Below, one piece after another: positions 38,186 through 50,400 of a stretch of 64,000 nt of DNA; position 1 is the first letter of the stretch, and each line of letters opens with the position of its first letter. The DNA is taken from the NCBI GenBank assembly GCA_022605425.2, contig CM061254.1, positions 372,001 to 436,000 of the forward strand, given 5' to 3'. This stretch comes from Hamiltosporidium tvaerminnensis FI-OER-3-3. Its lineage: Eukaryota > Fungi > Microsporidia. The notes under the pieces are model-generated. The model saw only the letters and a list, made by a program, of their open reading frames with translations, had not been told where the DNA came from and made no database searches. A program made the translations under genes and the position numbers.

Positions 38186-38621
38186 ATTAATAAAATACCC
38201 AACTAATACTTTTTTATCTACAATCTTTTAAATTTAAAAATATTTTGATTGATTTAATATTAAAATATTAAATATAGAATATTAAATTAAAATATATGAA
38301 AAATTAAAAGATAAAAAAAATATTACCTTAAAGAATATTTAATTAGAATATATAAAAGTATAAAAGTATAAAAGTATAAAATATAAGATTAGAGATCAAA
38401 TGTCAAATTATTAGCTATCTGAATATTAGATATCTAAATATTAAATAAATGTATTTTAAATAGACAATATAATTAAAAAAATGAACAAAAAATAAACAAT
38501 AAATAAACAATAAATAACAAATATTAAATAAAATCTTTGAAGAAAGGTTATATAAATTAATAATAGATAAATAATCGACATATATAGAGCAAATGATAGG
38601 AATACGATTTATTTAGAAAAC

Positions 38622-40067
38622 TTAAAGCAAATCTTTGTCATCGAGTGCAAGTGATTCGTACAAATACACCCATGCATCACTGACACCAGATGTTTCCATA
38701 TCTTTATATAAGGTAGCACTGTCACATACAAATTTACGAATTTGTAAACTTCTTGGGACATTTTTATCTGCAAAATTAAGCATTTCTGTAAATTTTTTAT
38801 ATTTTGGAAAAATACTTAATGAAGAGACAGGAACGTTGATTTTTTTATGTGCCATCAAATCTTTCTTAGAAATACCCGTATCTCGTGAGGGTTGAGATAT
38901 CACAGTATTTTGTTTTGTTGGTTTTTTTTCAATTTGCAGGGACACAGAAGTTACAACTGAATTTCCAAGAGAAATTGATTGTTCAATTTCCTGAACTTTT
39001 AAAAAATATTCAGAATTTCCAAAATCTTTATATTCTTCATTAAAAGTAGGAATACAGGTGACACTGACTCCTCTTTCAGATTTAGTTACATAAAGATTTG
39101 GTGAAGATAAAATCTGATTAATAAATATTTCTACTCTTTGTCCACACACACTTTCCAAGGTAAATCCGTACACATTTTTAAATACTTCTTGAAGATCATC
39201 CAATGAAAGTGTGGTTTTACAACAAAAAATATTTACAATTAAACATTCCAAATGAAAAATCATAAATTTGCTATTTTCTTCTGTAAATGAAACATCTTTT
39301 AAATGAAAAGATTTTCTTTTTTTAATTAAACTATCAGCTTCTTGATCGATTCTTTTAATATACGAAGATTTTAAATTTAAAATTGTAAAAGAATTTTTAC
39401 AACACGAAAAATATTTACTCAAATTTCCATGTGGATGCCTTCCTACCTGACACGGAGAATTCTTATAATTAAACATTTGTCCGTGCATTTTACACATTTC
39501 ATTCGAGATTGAAGATGTTTGAATTACTATTCCATATTTAAATACATCTAAAATCTTACCAAGTATATCAGGATAAGAATTTGGTTGATTTCCACTGACT
39601 TGGTTTTTGATTTGCTGAATCGGTTTTTTATTAGAAAATTGTGAATTTAAATTTAAATTTTTATTTCTATTTTTTATAAATTTATTTTTTGGTTCTATAA
39701 TTTCTATTTTACCACCATTTTTAAAAAAATCACTGCTATCACTAAAATCTTCTTCATTATTTTTTAAAACACTTTTTGGATTTAAAATTTGTTCAATTTT
39801 TTCTCGATTATAGTCTTTTTTATAACAAACTATAGAAAACGAAGTATCTTGATTAGAAGTAACAGACATCTCTGGTAATGTAATCAATACTTTATAAAAT
39901 TCTGTTAGTGATAGCTGTGTTACTTTAAAAATCGATTTAAACGAATTATAAACATCTTTTAAATAATAAAAATTTATTTTTTTATTATTTTCTATAATTT
40001 TTGGTGTTAAATCTATTATTTCTTGCAATTTAGATGTTATATTGAATTTTAAAATATCGAAATCCAT
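38622..40067 (-). CDS. Hypothetical protein with three putative LOTUS/OST-HTH domains (5' end uncertain; may extend through an upstream exon)
   Basis: Long open ORF; first in-frame ATG at 40067 (the track's start at 40103 is TTG). Segments ILDVFKYGIVIQTSSISNEMCKMHGQMFNYK...GNLSKYF and LSLDDLQEVFKNVYGFTL...INQILSSPNLYV resemble the LOTUS consensus. The ORF is well supported; the domain call is by eye. Confidence 0.75.
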   Translation of the reverse strand: MDFDILKFNITSKLQEIIDLTPKIIENNKKINFYYLKDVYNSFKSIFKVTQLSLTEFYKVLITLPEMSVTSNQDTSFSIVCYKKDYNREKIEQILNPKSVLKNNEEDFSDSSDFFKNGGKIEIIEPKNKFIKNRNKNLNLNSQFSNKKPIQQIKNQVSGNQPNSYPDILGKILDVFKYGIVIQTSSISNEMCKMHGQMFNYKNSPCQVGRHPHGNLSKYFSCCKNSFTILNLKSSYIKRIDQEADSLIKKRKSFHLKDVSFTEENSKFMIFHLECLIVNIFCCKTTLSLDDLQEVFKNVYGFTLESVCGQRVEIFINQILSSPNLYVTKSERGVSVTCIPTFNEEYKDFGNSEYFLKVQEIEQSISLGNSVVTSVSLQIEKKPTKQNTVISQPSRDTGISKKDLMAHKKINVPVSSLSIFPKYKKFTEMLNFADKNVPRSLQIRKFVCDSATLYKDMETSGVSDAWVYLYESLALDDKDLL

Positions 40068-40081
40068 TAACAAGGATTCTT

Positions 40082-40214
40082 CTGAATTTAAAGAAAAGGC
40101 CAATAAAGATTTTTAAAAAGAAAGAATTTAATAATTAAAGTAAGAATTAATAAAAATGATTTGAACTTAAAATTTTAAAAAAAATTAAAAAATCAATAAT
40201 TTTAAATTACTTAC
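40082..40214 (-). other. Candidate 133-nt spliceosomal intron
   Basis: GTAAGT donor at 40214-40209 directly after a GC-rich block, T-rich body with TAAT motifs, and TTTTCTTTAAATTCAG acceptor ending at 40082. Confidence 0.45.
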
Positions 40215-40399
40215 TCTGCGGCCCTACAGCCCTTGAAAGTTCCGGGGTTCCGTAACGATACTCTTTGATTTTTCCATGTTTTTTAAAATTATAAATTCTA
40301 TTTTATCAAACATAAGCAAGAATTTAATTAAAATCAAAGAACAGGCGTTAAAATAAAAAATCAAATTTATTTAAATCTATAAGTTTTCAATCTAACTAA

Positions 40400-40473
40400 G
40401 TGTCGCTAGTGTAGTTGGTTATCACGTCCGCTTAACACGCGGGAGGTCTCCGGTTCAATTCCGGAGCGACACA
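40400..40473 (+). tRNA. tRNA-Val (anticodon AAC)
   Basis: Acceptor stem GTGTCGC/GCGACAC, D-arm TAGTGTAGTTGGTTATCAC, anticodon arm TCCGC-TTAACAC-GCGGG, T-arm TCCGGTTCAATTCCGGA, discriminator A, then a T7 Pol III terminator. Confidence 0.97.
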
Positions 40474-40799
40474 TTTTTTTATTTAACAATTATTTTTTTA
40501 CTAAAAATAAGAAATATTACAAAAATTGAAATTAGATTTTTATTTTTAGATGCATAAATAAATGACTGATATTAATTAAATTAAATTATTTTTTATATAA
40601 AATAATTTTAGAAGACAATAAAAAAAAATTAAAGCTTAAAATTTTAAAAAATCCTTACTCTGATCTGATTAAATAAATAAAAACATTTTCTGATTTATAA
40701 ATCCATATATCAGTAATACTAACAAGCACTTTTCTTTAATAATCAAGTATATGTAATATTTATATATTAAATATATTTTTTCTAGAAATTATTCTCCTT

Positions 40800-41081
40800 A
40801 TGAATTTTTTAAGAAAACTAAAATTATTAGTTGAAGAAGATTTTGATCCATTTGAAATTTATAATAAAAAGAAAGAAATTATAATAAAAAACAATGCTAT
40901 GATTATTTGTCCTAATTGTGGATTTATTAAATATAAAGATATTAGTATATTGCATGGTAAGTGTATTAAATGTAAAAAAATGTTTTTAAAGAAATATGGT
41001 GCTATAATTGGAATAATGAAGAGCCGTATTGATTTTTATAGAGAAGTTTCTTATGAAATATGTAAAAATGAGAAATTATAA
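40800..41081 (+). CDS. Small hypothetical protein with a CxxC-x14-CxxC zinc-ribbon motif
   Basis: 93-aa ORF; CTCCTT just before the ATG; CPNC...CIKC; sits in the compact gene cluster. Confidence 0.7.
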   Translation: MNFLRKLKLLVEEDFDPFEIYNKKKEIIIKNNAMIICPNCGFIKYKDISILHGKCIKCKKMFLKKYGAIIGIMKSRIDFYREVSYEICKNEKL

Positions 41082-41192
41082 AAAATAATTTAAAAAAATA
41101 CTTTTTAAGAGATTTTATAAAAATTTTTAAGAAATTTTATAAGAGATATAAAATAAAAAATAATTTAAAAAAATAATTTTTAAGAGATTTGA

Positions 41193-44100
41193 TTTTTTTA
41201 TTTAATAAAATTATGGGTTAAAATATTTTTTACCATTTTTATATGTTTTCTTCTACCTCTTTAACCACTTTTGTCTCTTCTTCCAAATCCGACTCTTTAT
41301 TTATGTTATTGGTCGGTTCCTCTAAAATGATTCCTCCTTGTAAAATAAAGGGTGCTTTATTTTTTAGTTTAAAAGTTTTTGCACCATCTTCCTCTCTCTT
41401 CTCTTCTTTTAAGAGGGGTGTTGGCTGTTTATGCATCTCAGCTCCTATAATAACACCCATTGACGCTCTCTCCCAGCTCTCTTCGGCATTTAGTCCTGAC
41501 TCAAGTCCTCTTCGTCGATCAAAGGAAATTGTTTCGACTGTCTTCTTGAGTACTATAGACTGAATGTATGCCTCTACATTCATAAGTATTTCTGGTCTTT
41601 TAACATATGTCTTATAATATTTTGTCACAATACCATCCCAGGTCATCACATAAGGAATTATCTCTACACTACACTTATAAATAAGACCCAACTCATTGGC
41701 TAACAGGTCATACTCTCTGCGTTTTTCAGTTTCAACTATTTGAAGTGAGTCTTGGGAAGTGATTCATATTTCAATGAGTGTTATCTTATTCTTCTTCTTA
41801 TCTAAAATAAATATGTCCGGTCTGTTATTCCGAATTTTAACATCAGTTTTTATTCTGGTGTCCACTCTTATCTCTGCGTACTCATTATCAAGAATTCCTT
41901 GAACTGAGTGACTCCTAATTCTTTTTGAGGACTTAAACTTATATCTATTTAAGAGAAGTAAGTGTAAGCATCTAATCACTTCATTATGCCGTCTGGTGTA
42001 GTCATGGCCTAGCATTTTTTCATATCGAGTTGCTAGATGATCTACAGTCTTCCAGACTTCCTGCAATGTTGACACATACCATCTGCTCCCCAGAATACAT
42101 TTCTATCCTGGATATAGCAGAACACAGCTTCATTGCGTGGCCTAATATTTCCTCTCTTTAGCCATCTTGAAGAATCACTAAAACTCACAAGCTCATTTTT
42201 TCTTGCATTATATAACTTTCAATGGAGTTTTCGTTTTTCTATTTCGTTATATAGTTTTGCAAGTTGAGCTTCTTCTAAACTTTTCTTAGTGACTTCTTCT
42301 ACCAACCTGTACTTTACTTTTAAGAAGCCTTTTATTAGTGCAAGATGGGTTTTATTATTATTCTCCACGTTGAGGATTGCTGCTCGTCTAGTTGATATTT
42401 CTTTACTTTTTTCCAGACAATCCAAGATTTGCAGAAGCAAATGTTCGCTTCGCAACTCAACACTATGTAGGCCTCTTCCAAGTTCTGTTCTAGGAAGATA
42501 CAAACGCACTTTGCATCCTAAGCGAAGATGTATCTTATTCTTCACCAACACCGCACGCACTGCATCATCTAACTTAGAGAAGTCAGCCGGTTCAAGTCGA
42601 AGTACTCCTATGTGATAGTTGATTAACGATATCGCATGTTGATTGATTGCAGAAAATAAATTTTTTGCATTTAATCTAGTGTGACAAAGTCTTTCAACTC
42701 TTGATATAAGTTTGCTCTGTACTTCTTCAAATGAGCTACGTGTTGGGATTCCTCTGCTATCTTCTATTATTCCTAAATATTTGTAAACACTAACACCTTC
42801 TAGAAAAGTAGCAGTATCTTCACAACACGTATCATTTGTGGCTGACTTCTCTTTGTTAATCTCTAAGCCAATCACCTCTAAAAATTCCTTTGCCTCGCCT
42901 GTCATAGCACTCAATGTGGAGCTGTCTTTTGCAAGGAGCTTAAGATCATCAATAAACAAGAGATGATTAGTAGAATGGGATTCTGCATCTGTTTGTACTG
43001 TCACTTTTGTGTATTTTTCATTAAGCTTTCGGCTTAACTGATCCATACACAACACAAATAACAAAGGTGACAAACTATCTCCTTGTAGAATCCCTCTATC
43101 AATCTTTTTGCTCATGATTTTTTCAGGCCCTACTGATATATCAATTTTCCATTTTGATATAATTACCTTAATAAATTTCAGGATCCAATCAGGTAAATTA
43201 AGGTTTTCAATGCATTGAGTTAAAAAAGCATGATCTATTGAATCATAAGCTTTTTTAACATCAATCCATGTTGCCTTAAGATTGTTTCCGTACCCATTTT
43301 TTAAAGGCAATATTCAGTAGAGCCTGCTCTTTCGCTCCGTGCACACCTCTTACCGCCCCAAATTGGTTCTCTGCAAGCAACCCTCGCCTTTCCACTTCAA
43401 TTTGGACGACTTTCGTTACACACTTTCTGGTTAACTTATAGAGGTTGGACATACAAGTGATTGGTCTGTAGTCAGAGCCTCTTCGTGGAATTTTTTTCGG
43501 TATCAAATACGAAAGCCCGAAGTAAAACCAATCAGCTTGAGTTGTTCCATCTAAACATATAACTTTTACAATATCATAAAGATATTTGTGAAGAGTTGTA
43601 ATTTCTTAATAAAAAAATTGTAAATCCATCAATTCCAGCAGCGATCCAATTAGGAAGCCAATTAATGATACTTACAAATTCATCAAGTGAGGGAAACGTG
43701 GTCGGATGATTATCTGATACAAATGGAATCAAATAATCATCATACGTGACTGTGTCATCATTTTTGTTCCACATTGTAGACCAAAAACTCACAATTTCAT
43801 CACGACTAACCACATGCTCGGATTCCACACGCTCAGATAACCCACGATAAAATCGACCTCGGAAAATCTCAAACATACGATTCTCTTTTCGGAATTGCTT
43901 CCTACCAACATACATCGTAATTTTTTTCTCATAAATGTTCCAAGACCCATTCTTCTTAACTAAAGCCTCAGAAAGATCAGTTACGCTGCTCAAGTTTAAA
44001 TTAACTCTCGCATGATTTTCTTAAGGCTCTTCGTTTTCGGAGTGGAAAGCTTTTCCCGCTTACAAGCCTTCTCGAGGAGATCTTTGGAAAATACTAACTA

Positions 44101-44979
44101 TGAAATTTTACTTTCTATGTTTTTCTTCCAAGCAGATCAGAAATTTTCTTTAAGTGTTGCCTCGTCAAAGCATACCTGGGCGCCCTGGATTATCTGTGCC
44201 ACGTCAGTTATCATCATCGGCACATAAGAATCAGCATACTCACCGATAATTCGATTAATTAGGTCTAAAACTTTACGTTCAATCAATTCACTTGGAAGCT
44301 TTCGAGTTCAGACCACCACTTTCCCAATTTTCTTCTTCGAGATTTCTTTGGTTTTACTTAAAAATTTATCTCTTAAGTTTATGTATCTGTAGTGTCAGTC
44401 AAGGTGCATGGCTGAGTGAGACAAGTGGCGATTCTACGTCGCTCTTAATTCTCTTTTGGCTTATTTCCCTTTCTGCTTCATTTTGTGTGAGTTTTTTAAA
44501 TACATAGATATCTAATGTACATCAAAATTTCTCATTATACTAACGCAGAGCGGCGAGCCAACCATTTCTGTGCATTCTCTCAAACCTCTTTTGCACTGCT
44601 AGAATAGCAGATCTAGGCATTCCTGCTCTACGACTGTGACAGAGTCAAGTATTGAGTGCAATACCATCAGTCGATTCCCTTCTAGAATGGCATCTGAATT
44701 GAGGTTTGTCATGCCGTTGGCTGGTCCACACGCAGTGGCATCGGTACCAGAAGACGAGGGTATGGTGTCAACCAAGCAGACTGGACTAGTCTGGCAACTA
44801 CTGCTTGGTGGTTGGTGGGTGGTGTCATGGAAGGTCGGTGGAGGTGGAAGCCTCTCGGATAACATTGCTTCATCTACATCACACATCAAAATCTCGCCTG
44901 CGATGTTCTCCGAGTTGTTTACAGCTTTTATCTTTTCATTTCTTATATTTTGGCTGTCTAATTTTTTCCTTCTACCCAT
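41193..44979 (-). mobile_element. Full-length, moderately degraded copy of the RLE-type non-LTR retrotransposon
   Basis: ORF fragments 44599..45060 (MGRRKKLDS from ATG 44979), 43574..43993, 43276..43506, 42219..43310 (RT core), 41764..42075 and 41239..41691 (RLE) match the intact copy; 3' tail TAACCCATAATTTTATTAAATAAAA. Confidence 0.95.
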
Positions 44980-45240
44980 TTTAATTAAGATTAATAGAAT
45001 ACTAAAAAAAATAATTAAAATTAAAATTGACAAATCAGTAAAACGAGAATTATTCTTCAAATAATTAAACAGAATATTAAAAAAATAATTAAAATTTAAA
45101 TACTAAATACGTAGAAAAAGAAGAATGATTATTAAAATATATAACTAGAAATTAAAATGTAAAATTTATATTTAAAAATTAAATGAATGAATTTTTTTTT
45201 AAGAGATAGAATAAAACAAAGAAATACAAAAATACACTCT

Positions 45241-45975
45241 TTATGCATTATTTTCAAATTTCTTGATATTTTGCACGTCATTAAAATTATTAGATTCACA
45301 TAAAAGTGAAAAATCAAAATGGTTTGAATTTTGATTTTCAAGAAATCTATTTTGGTAAAATTCAAGAACTTTTAAATATTCTGGATTGGAATCATTTCTA
45401 TCGCATTTATTAAAATTATTATTATATATTTTATTAACTATTGGTTTATCAAATCTTTGTTCGTAAAAAATTTGTGTTTTTTTTACTTCTTTTTTATTGG
45501 CAGATCTTTGAATAAAATCAGAAAGAAAATCATCGACTTTTATTTCTGTATTGACTGATACATATTTTATTTCCGATAAAGAATTGGTAAACTCAGATTG
45601 TGATTGTAAAAAATCTATTTTTGGCACAATTCTTAGCATATTAAGTAGAGAATCTATCGACTTTGGTTTAAGTTTATCTTTTAAATAAGTTACTGCATTG
45701 TTTTGTGTTTCAAGAAATGTCTGTAATTCTAAAACGGAATAAGAATCAGATGAACCCATAATTTCAGAGATAAGTTCTTTTATTAATGTATCTTCACCGG
45801 ACTCGGGATTTAAAATATTTAATGAAGATATTCTTTTTGTTAGAGCCATTATATAATCTCCTGCTATGTCAGTCAAAATAGTTAAAGCAGAATTCGAACA
45901 TCTCTCAAAACTTGATTGTATTAAGATCTCTGCTACAGCAAGTTTTAATATTTTATTTGTAAATCTTGATTTCAT
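45241..45975 (-). CDS. Bromodomain-associated (BTP) histone-fold protein, TAF3/TAF8-like TFIID subunit
   Basis: N-terminal ILKLAVAEILIQSSFERCSNSALTILTDIAGDYIMAL fits the Bromo_TP histone-fold pattern (L+.AVA.IL...GF......AL..LTD+...Y+..L); CCC motif before the ATG. Confidence 0.8.
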   Translation of the reverse strand: MKSRFTNKILKLAVAEILIQSSFERCSNSALTILTDIAGDYIMALTKRISSLNILNPESGEDTLIKELISEIMGSSDSYSVLELQTFLETQNNAVTYLKDKLKPKSIDSLLNMLRIVPKIDFLQSQSEFTNSLSEIKYVSVNTEIKVDDFLSDFIQRSANKKEVKKTQIFYEQRFDKPIVNKIYNNNFNKCDRNDSNPEYLKVLEFYQNRFLENQNSNHFDFSLLCESNNFNDVQNIKKFENNA

Positions 45976-47219
45976 ATGGGTCGTGTCATAAAGATTTGAA
46001 AATATTTTTTTTTGAAGAAATATAAATTTTAAATTTATATATTTCTAAAATATTTAATATTTTTTTAAATCACGAATTACAGAACCAAATTACTGATAAT
46101 TCAAAATATATACTTAATAATATTTATTTAGAGTGTGAGTTTTAAAAAAGACAATTAGATTTTTTTTACGAAATAATATATTTAAAATTATTTGTAGAAA
46201 TGAAGGCATTTTTTAGGTTATAAATTAATCGTAAAGTATACGGAAATTTTATTTCCGAGTTTAAATTGTATTTTTTATATTTGATTGGTAGAACAGGTGT
46301 TTACTTTTTTTTAAATTAAAACCAAAATTCAGTAATATTTTTGTCGTATCCATTAGTCTTTTTGCATCATTTTATATCGTTACAGTTTAATAAATAAACA
46401 CCGGGAACACTATTACGAAATTCAAAGGTATTTTTAGAATACAGATTCTTTTTTGATATTTTGAATGATAAAAACTATACAAAATGTTCAAACAAATATA
46501 ATCAAAGGTTGCGAATCGCTACTAAAATAACATTATTATTAAACTTTTCGGAATAAATAATTTCCAACCGGATACTATTTATTAAATTTTTTATGTTCAG
46601 AGTAATAGTAATAAAAGTTGATTCATAGTGTGTTTTTTCTGAAATTTAAGCGAATATTTCATAACAATGTGAATAAAATAACTTATAAAAAAGCGAAACG
46701 ATGTTTTTTACAAAGCAAAATTTAATTTCGTACTTTTTAATGATGAGTCTTCTAAATATTAGCTTTCTCTCGGAATTTCCTTAAATTATAAATATTACAA
46801 AACTCCTAACTATAATCAAATAAAATTTTCATAAACGTTAAATTTTCATTATTTTTATTTTTGCTTGAGACTATCAATTCAAAAGAATTAAACTTTCCTA
46901 AAATAAAAATAATTTTTGTAATAAAGGTCACAAATTTTTTTAATTTAAACAATATAGTGTTCTCTGTGTATCTACAACTGTAATGACTAGTTATGATCAT
47001 TTGTGACTGTTGTGATTTTTTGAGCCTCATCTTAATCTCAAAGTAATATATCTTTATCAAGTATACTTTTAGTATTAGAAATCTTGCTTTTGATAATTAT
47101 TTTTAATAACATTGAGTTCCCTAAAATGGAAATACTCCGCAAATGAACTGAAAGTTCGGAATATAGAATTTAAGGCATTCATGCATACTTGATTACCTAC
47201 TTATTCAATCTCTCTTTGG

Positions 47220-47416
47220 CTTCTCGTGGGCGAGGAGGAAGAAATGGAACTTTTCCATTTGTTTCTTTTAATATGTTATAACTCTGGATTATAGGGGATT
47301 GGCCTATAAATCTAGTTTGGTTTATAATCTACCACAAATACAGCAATGATTTTCATACCGATTATACACACTTATGCTAAGCAGAAAGTTTTTAATATGT
47401 TATCCTCTCTCTACCC
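47220..47416 (+). repeat. Dispersed repeat, short form (C), copy 3
   Basis: TTCTCGTGGGCGAGGAGGAAGAAATGGAACTTTTCCATTTG...TTATAACTCTGGATTATAGGGGATTGGCCTATA...TGCTAAGCAGAAAGTTTTTAATATGTTATCCTCTC. Confidence 0.85.
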
Positions 47417-50400
47417 TTGGATACATAGGTTTTAATGCAATTATTCTTATATAGAACGTCTTATTTTATGAGTTTTAATGGCTATAATAAGAGTATATTT
47501 TAATCATATAGCTAAGGCTATTTAATACATCATTGTCTGTATAAAACAACAAGATTAAATTTACAAAAGTATAGTCAAATAAAAACCAGACAATTCTATA
47601 TGATATTTAGTATGCTATCTACGAGCCATATAGGTAGCCAATGCTTATTTCTTCATATACATTCAACTTTCCACAAAAGCAATAGAAATTTCATTTTTAA
47701 TTTCGATTAATTTTTTACATACCTAATTCTTATTTTTAATAGTAAAATTACACATTTTTTATATAAGTCAAAATATGTTCTATTAAACGTATCTAATAAT
47801 TAGATAACCAATAGTGCATTTCTTTCGTCTTTCTTTACAAATATTACAAAACAATTATTGATGTATGTTTAGAATCATTGTGTTTTTTAAAAATATACTC
47901 GTATAAAACCCAAATATCAAAAAATGATTCCGAATTGTTTGCAAGAATACTAACATATAGAAATCAGTAAATAGTAATATCAATAAATGCCAAATTCTTA
48001 ACACCTTAATATGTCATACGTCCCCAAATTATATTATTTTTTCATTATGCTTGACTGTTGGGGTAATATATTTAAGATTAAGGCGTTCTCACTATTCCCT
48101 CAGTACATAAATGTTAACATCCGAATTAAACAAGTTTAACTTGCGTCCATCACTACTTATTGTACTTTTAAAATCGTTATCTGAAATTGATAAAATGAAT
48201 TTGAAATTCCAAATTTAGGAACACGGTTTTTTAGTGCCAACAAGGTTTTTGGGCAAGGGAAAGGATATGGATACAACTTTATTTAAATGATTTCTTATAT
48301 TCTAGACAGTACTATTGTGACTAAATAGCTCATCTAATATTTTTGTGATTTCTGAAAAACTGATTTTGGAATTTTTTTTCTAAGTTCAGAAATTCTATAG
48401 GTTATGGTGATATTTATAAGTAGTGGTTGTCTAATCGATCTTTAAAATTTGCTATCCTTTCTAATTATTTACCTTTGTAAAATATAAGAGACTTTGGAGC
48501 TAGTTATTTGATGCCATTCCGAAATTTTTCTTATGGAATTTCCTTTAAGCTTATCTCCACTTAAGAAGCTTTCCGGTTGATTGAATATAACTCATTTTAG
48601 GGTAGTCTATCCCCTAAAAGAAACAATTAATAGATCTATGACGCATAATTTTAAATGGTTTTTAGGTATCTAGATTTTTCTTGACATTAAACTATATATT
48701 CATATGTATAACTATAAATTTTGAATAAATTGCAAGAACAATATAGGTATATGATATTATAACTCGTTATTTACTACAAAAAGATTAAAAATTCCTAAAA
48801 AAAATATATGAAAATTTAGAATTTTTGAGTCCTAAGATTATTTTCGGACATACTGTAGGTATAAAAATATAGATAAAATGTAATTAAAGTGGTTTTTTCA
48901 ATGTTCTATACCGTAAGCCTATGCAAAATATGAGGTTGAAATTTCAACGAAATAAAATTATTCGAATAAAATCTAAATAAATTAATGATGTCTTGTTTTA
49001 TTTGCTTTCCAATAAAATGACTTGTTTTTAATTATCATTTTAAAACTGAAAATCAATTTATTAAATATTGTGGTCCTGAAGACCCCTGCCTAATTTTGTT
49101 TATTCTGCATGCTACAGGATGAAAATGCTCATTAAAAGCTTTTATTATAAGAATACGTATTTTTCTGACGATAATTTGTCGGATATTTTAGATGGAAAGG
49201 TTTTATAGACAGTTTAGAATGGCAATACAACAAAACATAAAATCTACAAAATATTTTTTTTATGAATTATCCGTAAACCAATTCAACCTTTTTTGCTAAT
49301 AATCTTTTTGGGAAATTTTAAAATTTCAAAAGGTAATAATTTGCTTTTATTGTTCTTCTTTAGTATCAATTTCTTTAGTAGTAAATAAATCCGCTAGTAA
49401 TTTTCTTATTAATTGGGGTTATTCGAAACAGTGATATGGTCGTTTTCTGCTTGTATTTCTTAAAATGTTTTGAATTTTGTTAATCGCATATTTGAGTATG
49501 TCAGTTTAAGAATATAAAATATTTTCTAGTATCGTTCAGCTTTAGAAATCATATTAAAACAGTGCAGAAGGCTAGATATTCCTTTTAATATTAAAGATAC
49601 TATTTAGTATCACTAAATACAATTTTCTTATAGGAATTTAGGTAATAATTCAAAAAAGATGTACAAGACACATTAATTCCTGGTTACCATAAACAACAAA
49701 AGCAGCGATTTCTAAAGATTAAAAAATTTTTTATTGTATGCTATATAATATCATTTTGAACATCATTTAAATGTTGCCTTTTTATCTGAATAATTATTTA
49801 CAACTTTCTATTTGATTAGAAATTTTTTATATTTAATCTCGTATTCTAAAGCATTCCTGGTTTCTAATGTATTGGACTATGTTTTAAATCGAACAGTGGT
49901 TTTCTAATAGCCATTTCCAAAACATTGCTACACAAAGCATGGACTGATAGGGTAAACTCAAAACAATTAAAAAAATCTTATAGACTAGAAGCAACAGAAT
50001 TAATTTCCTTATAAATTATTTTAAACTCCTATATTTTATATAGGTATATCTAAAATTAACCATCTTGTTTCAAATCGAATTAGTCTAAACATAGCACAGG
50101 TATCAATACAGTCGGCTAATTAACGATTATAATTTATTCAAAATATCATTCATAAACAATATTTGTGTTGCAATAGCTAGGAAATACTTCCCATGTTCAA
50201 AGGAACAAGCAAAGCTCCGTCATTCTGATTTTATAATTTTTCAATTTGTCAAACGATAAATCCATTTCTACCATTAAAAGCCACATTTTCTCGTTTCATT
50301 AGTAAAAATCATCTTTAGTTTCACTATCTATCGTATTCATAAATATATTGATATTCAAATGATTAAAACGTATGAATTTCCATATTTAAATTAACATTAA

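Noticed and set aside
40229-40250. GAAAGTTCC resembling the P4 motif of RNase MRP/P RNA, or an LSU rRNA fragment
   Set aside because: No complementary 3' P4 strand or further conserved regions downstream, and the block is far too short.
41170-45000. Target-site duplication for the minus-strand retrotransposon copy
   Set aside because: Flanks are AT-rich and show no convincing direct repeat; the same holds for the copies at 225, 11620 and 60353.
24724-45064. Antisense ORFs over retrotransposon copies (24724..25062, 27107..27433, 28070..28396, 41243..41563, 42289..42615, 44636..45064)
   Set aside because: Shadow frames of the sense ORF; their recurrence in several copies follows from the copies' homology.
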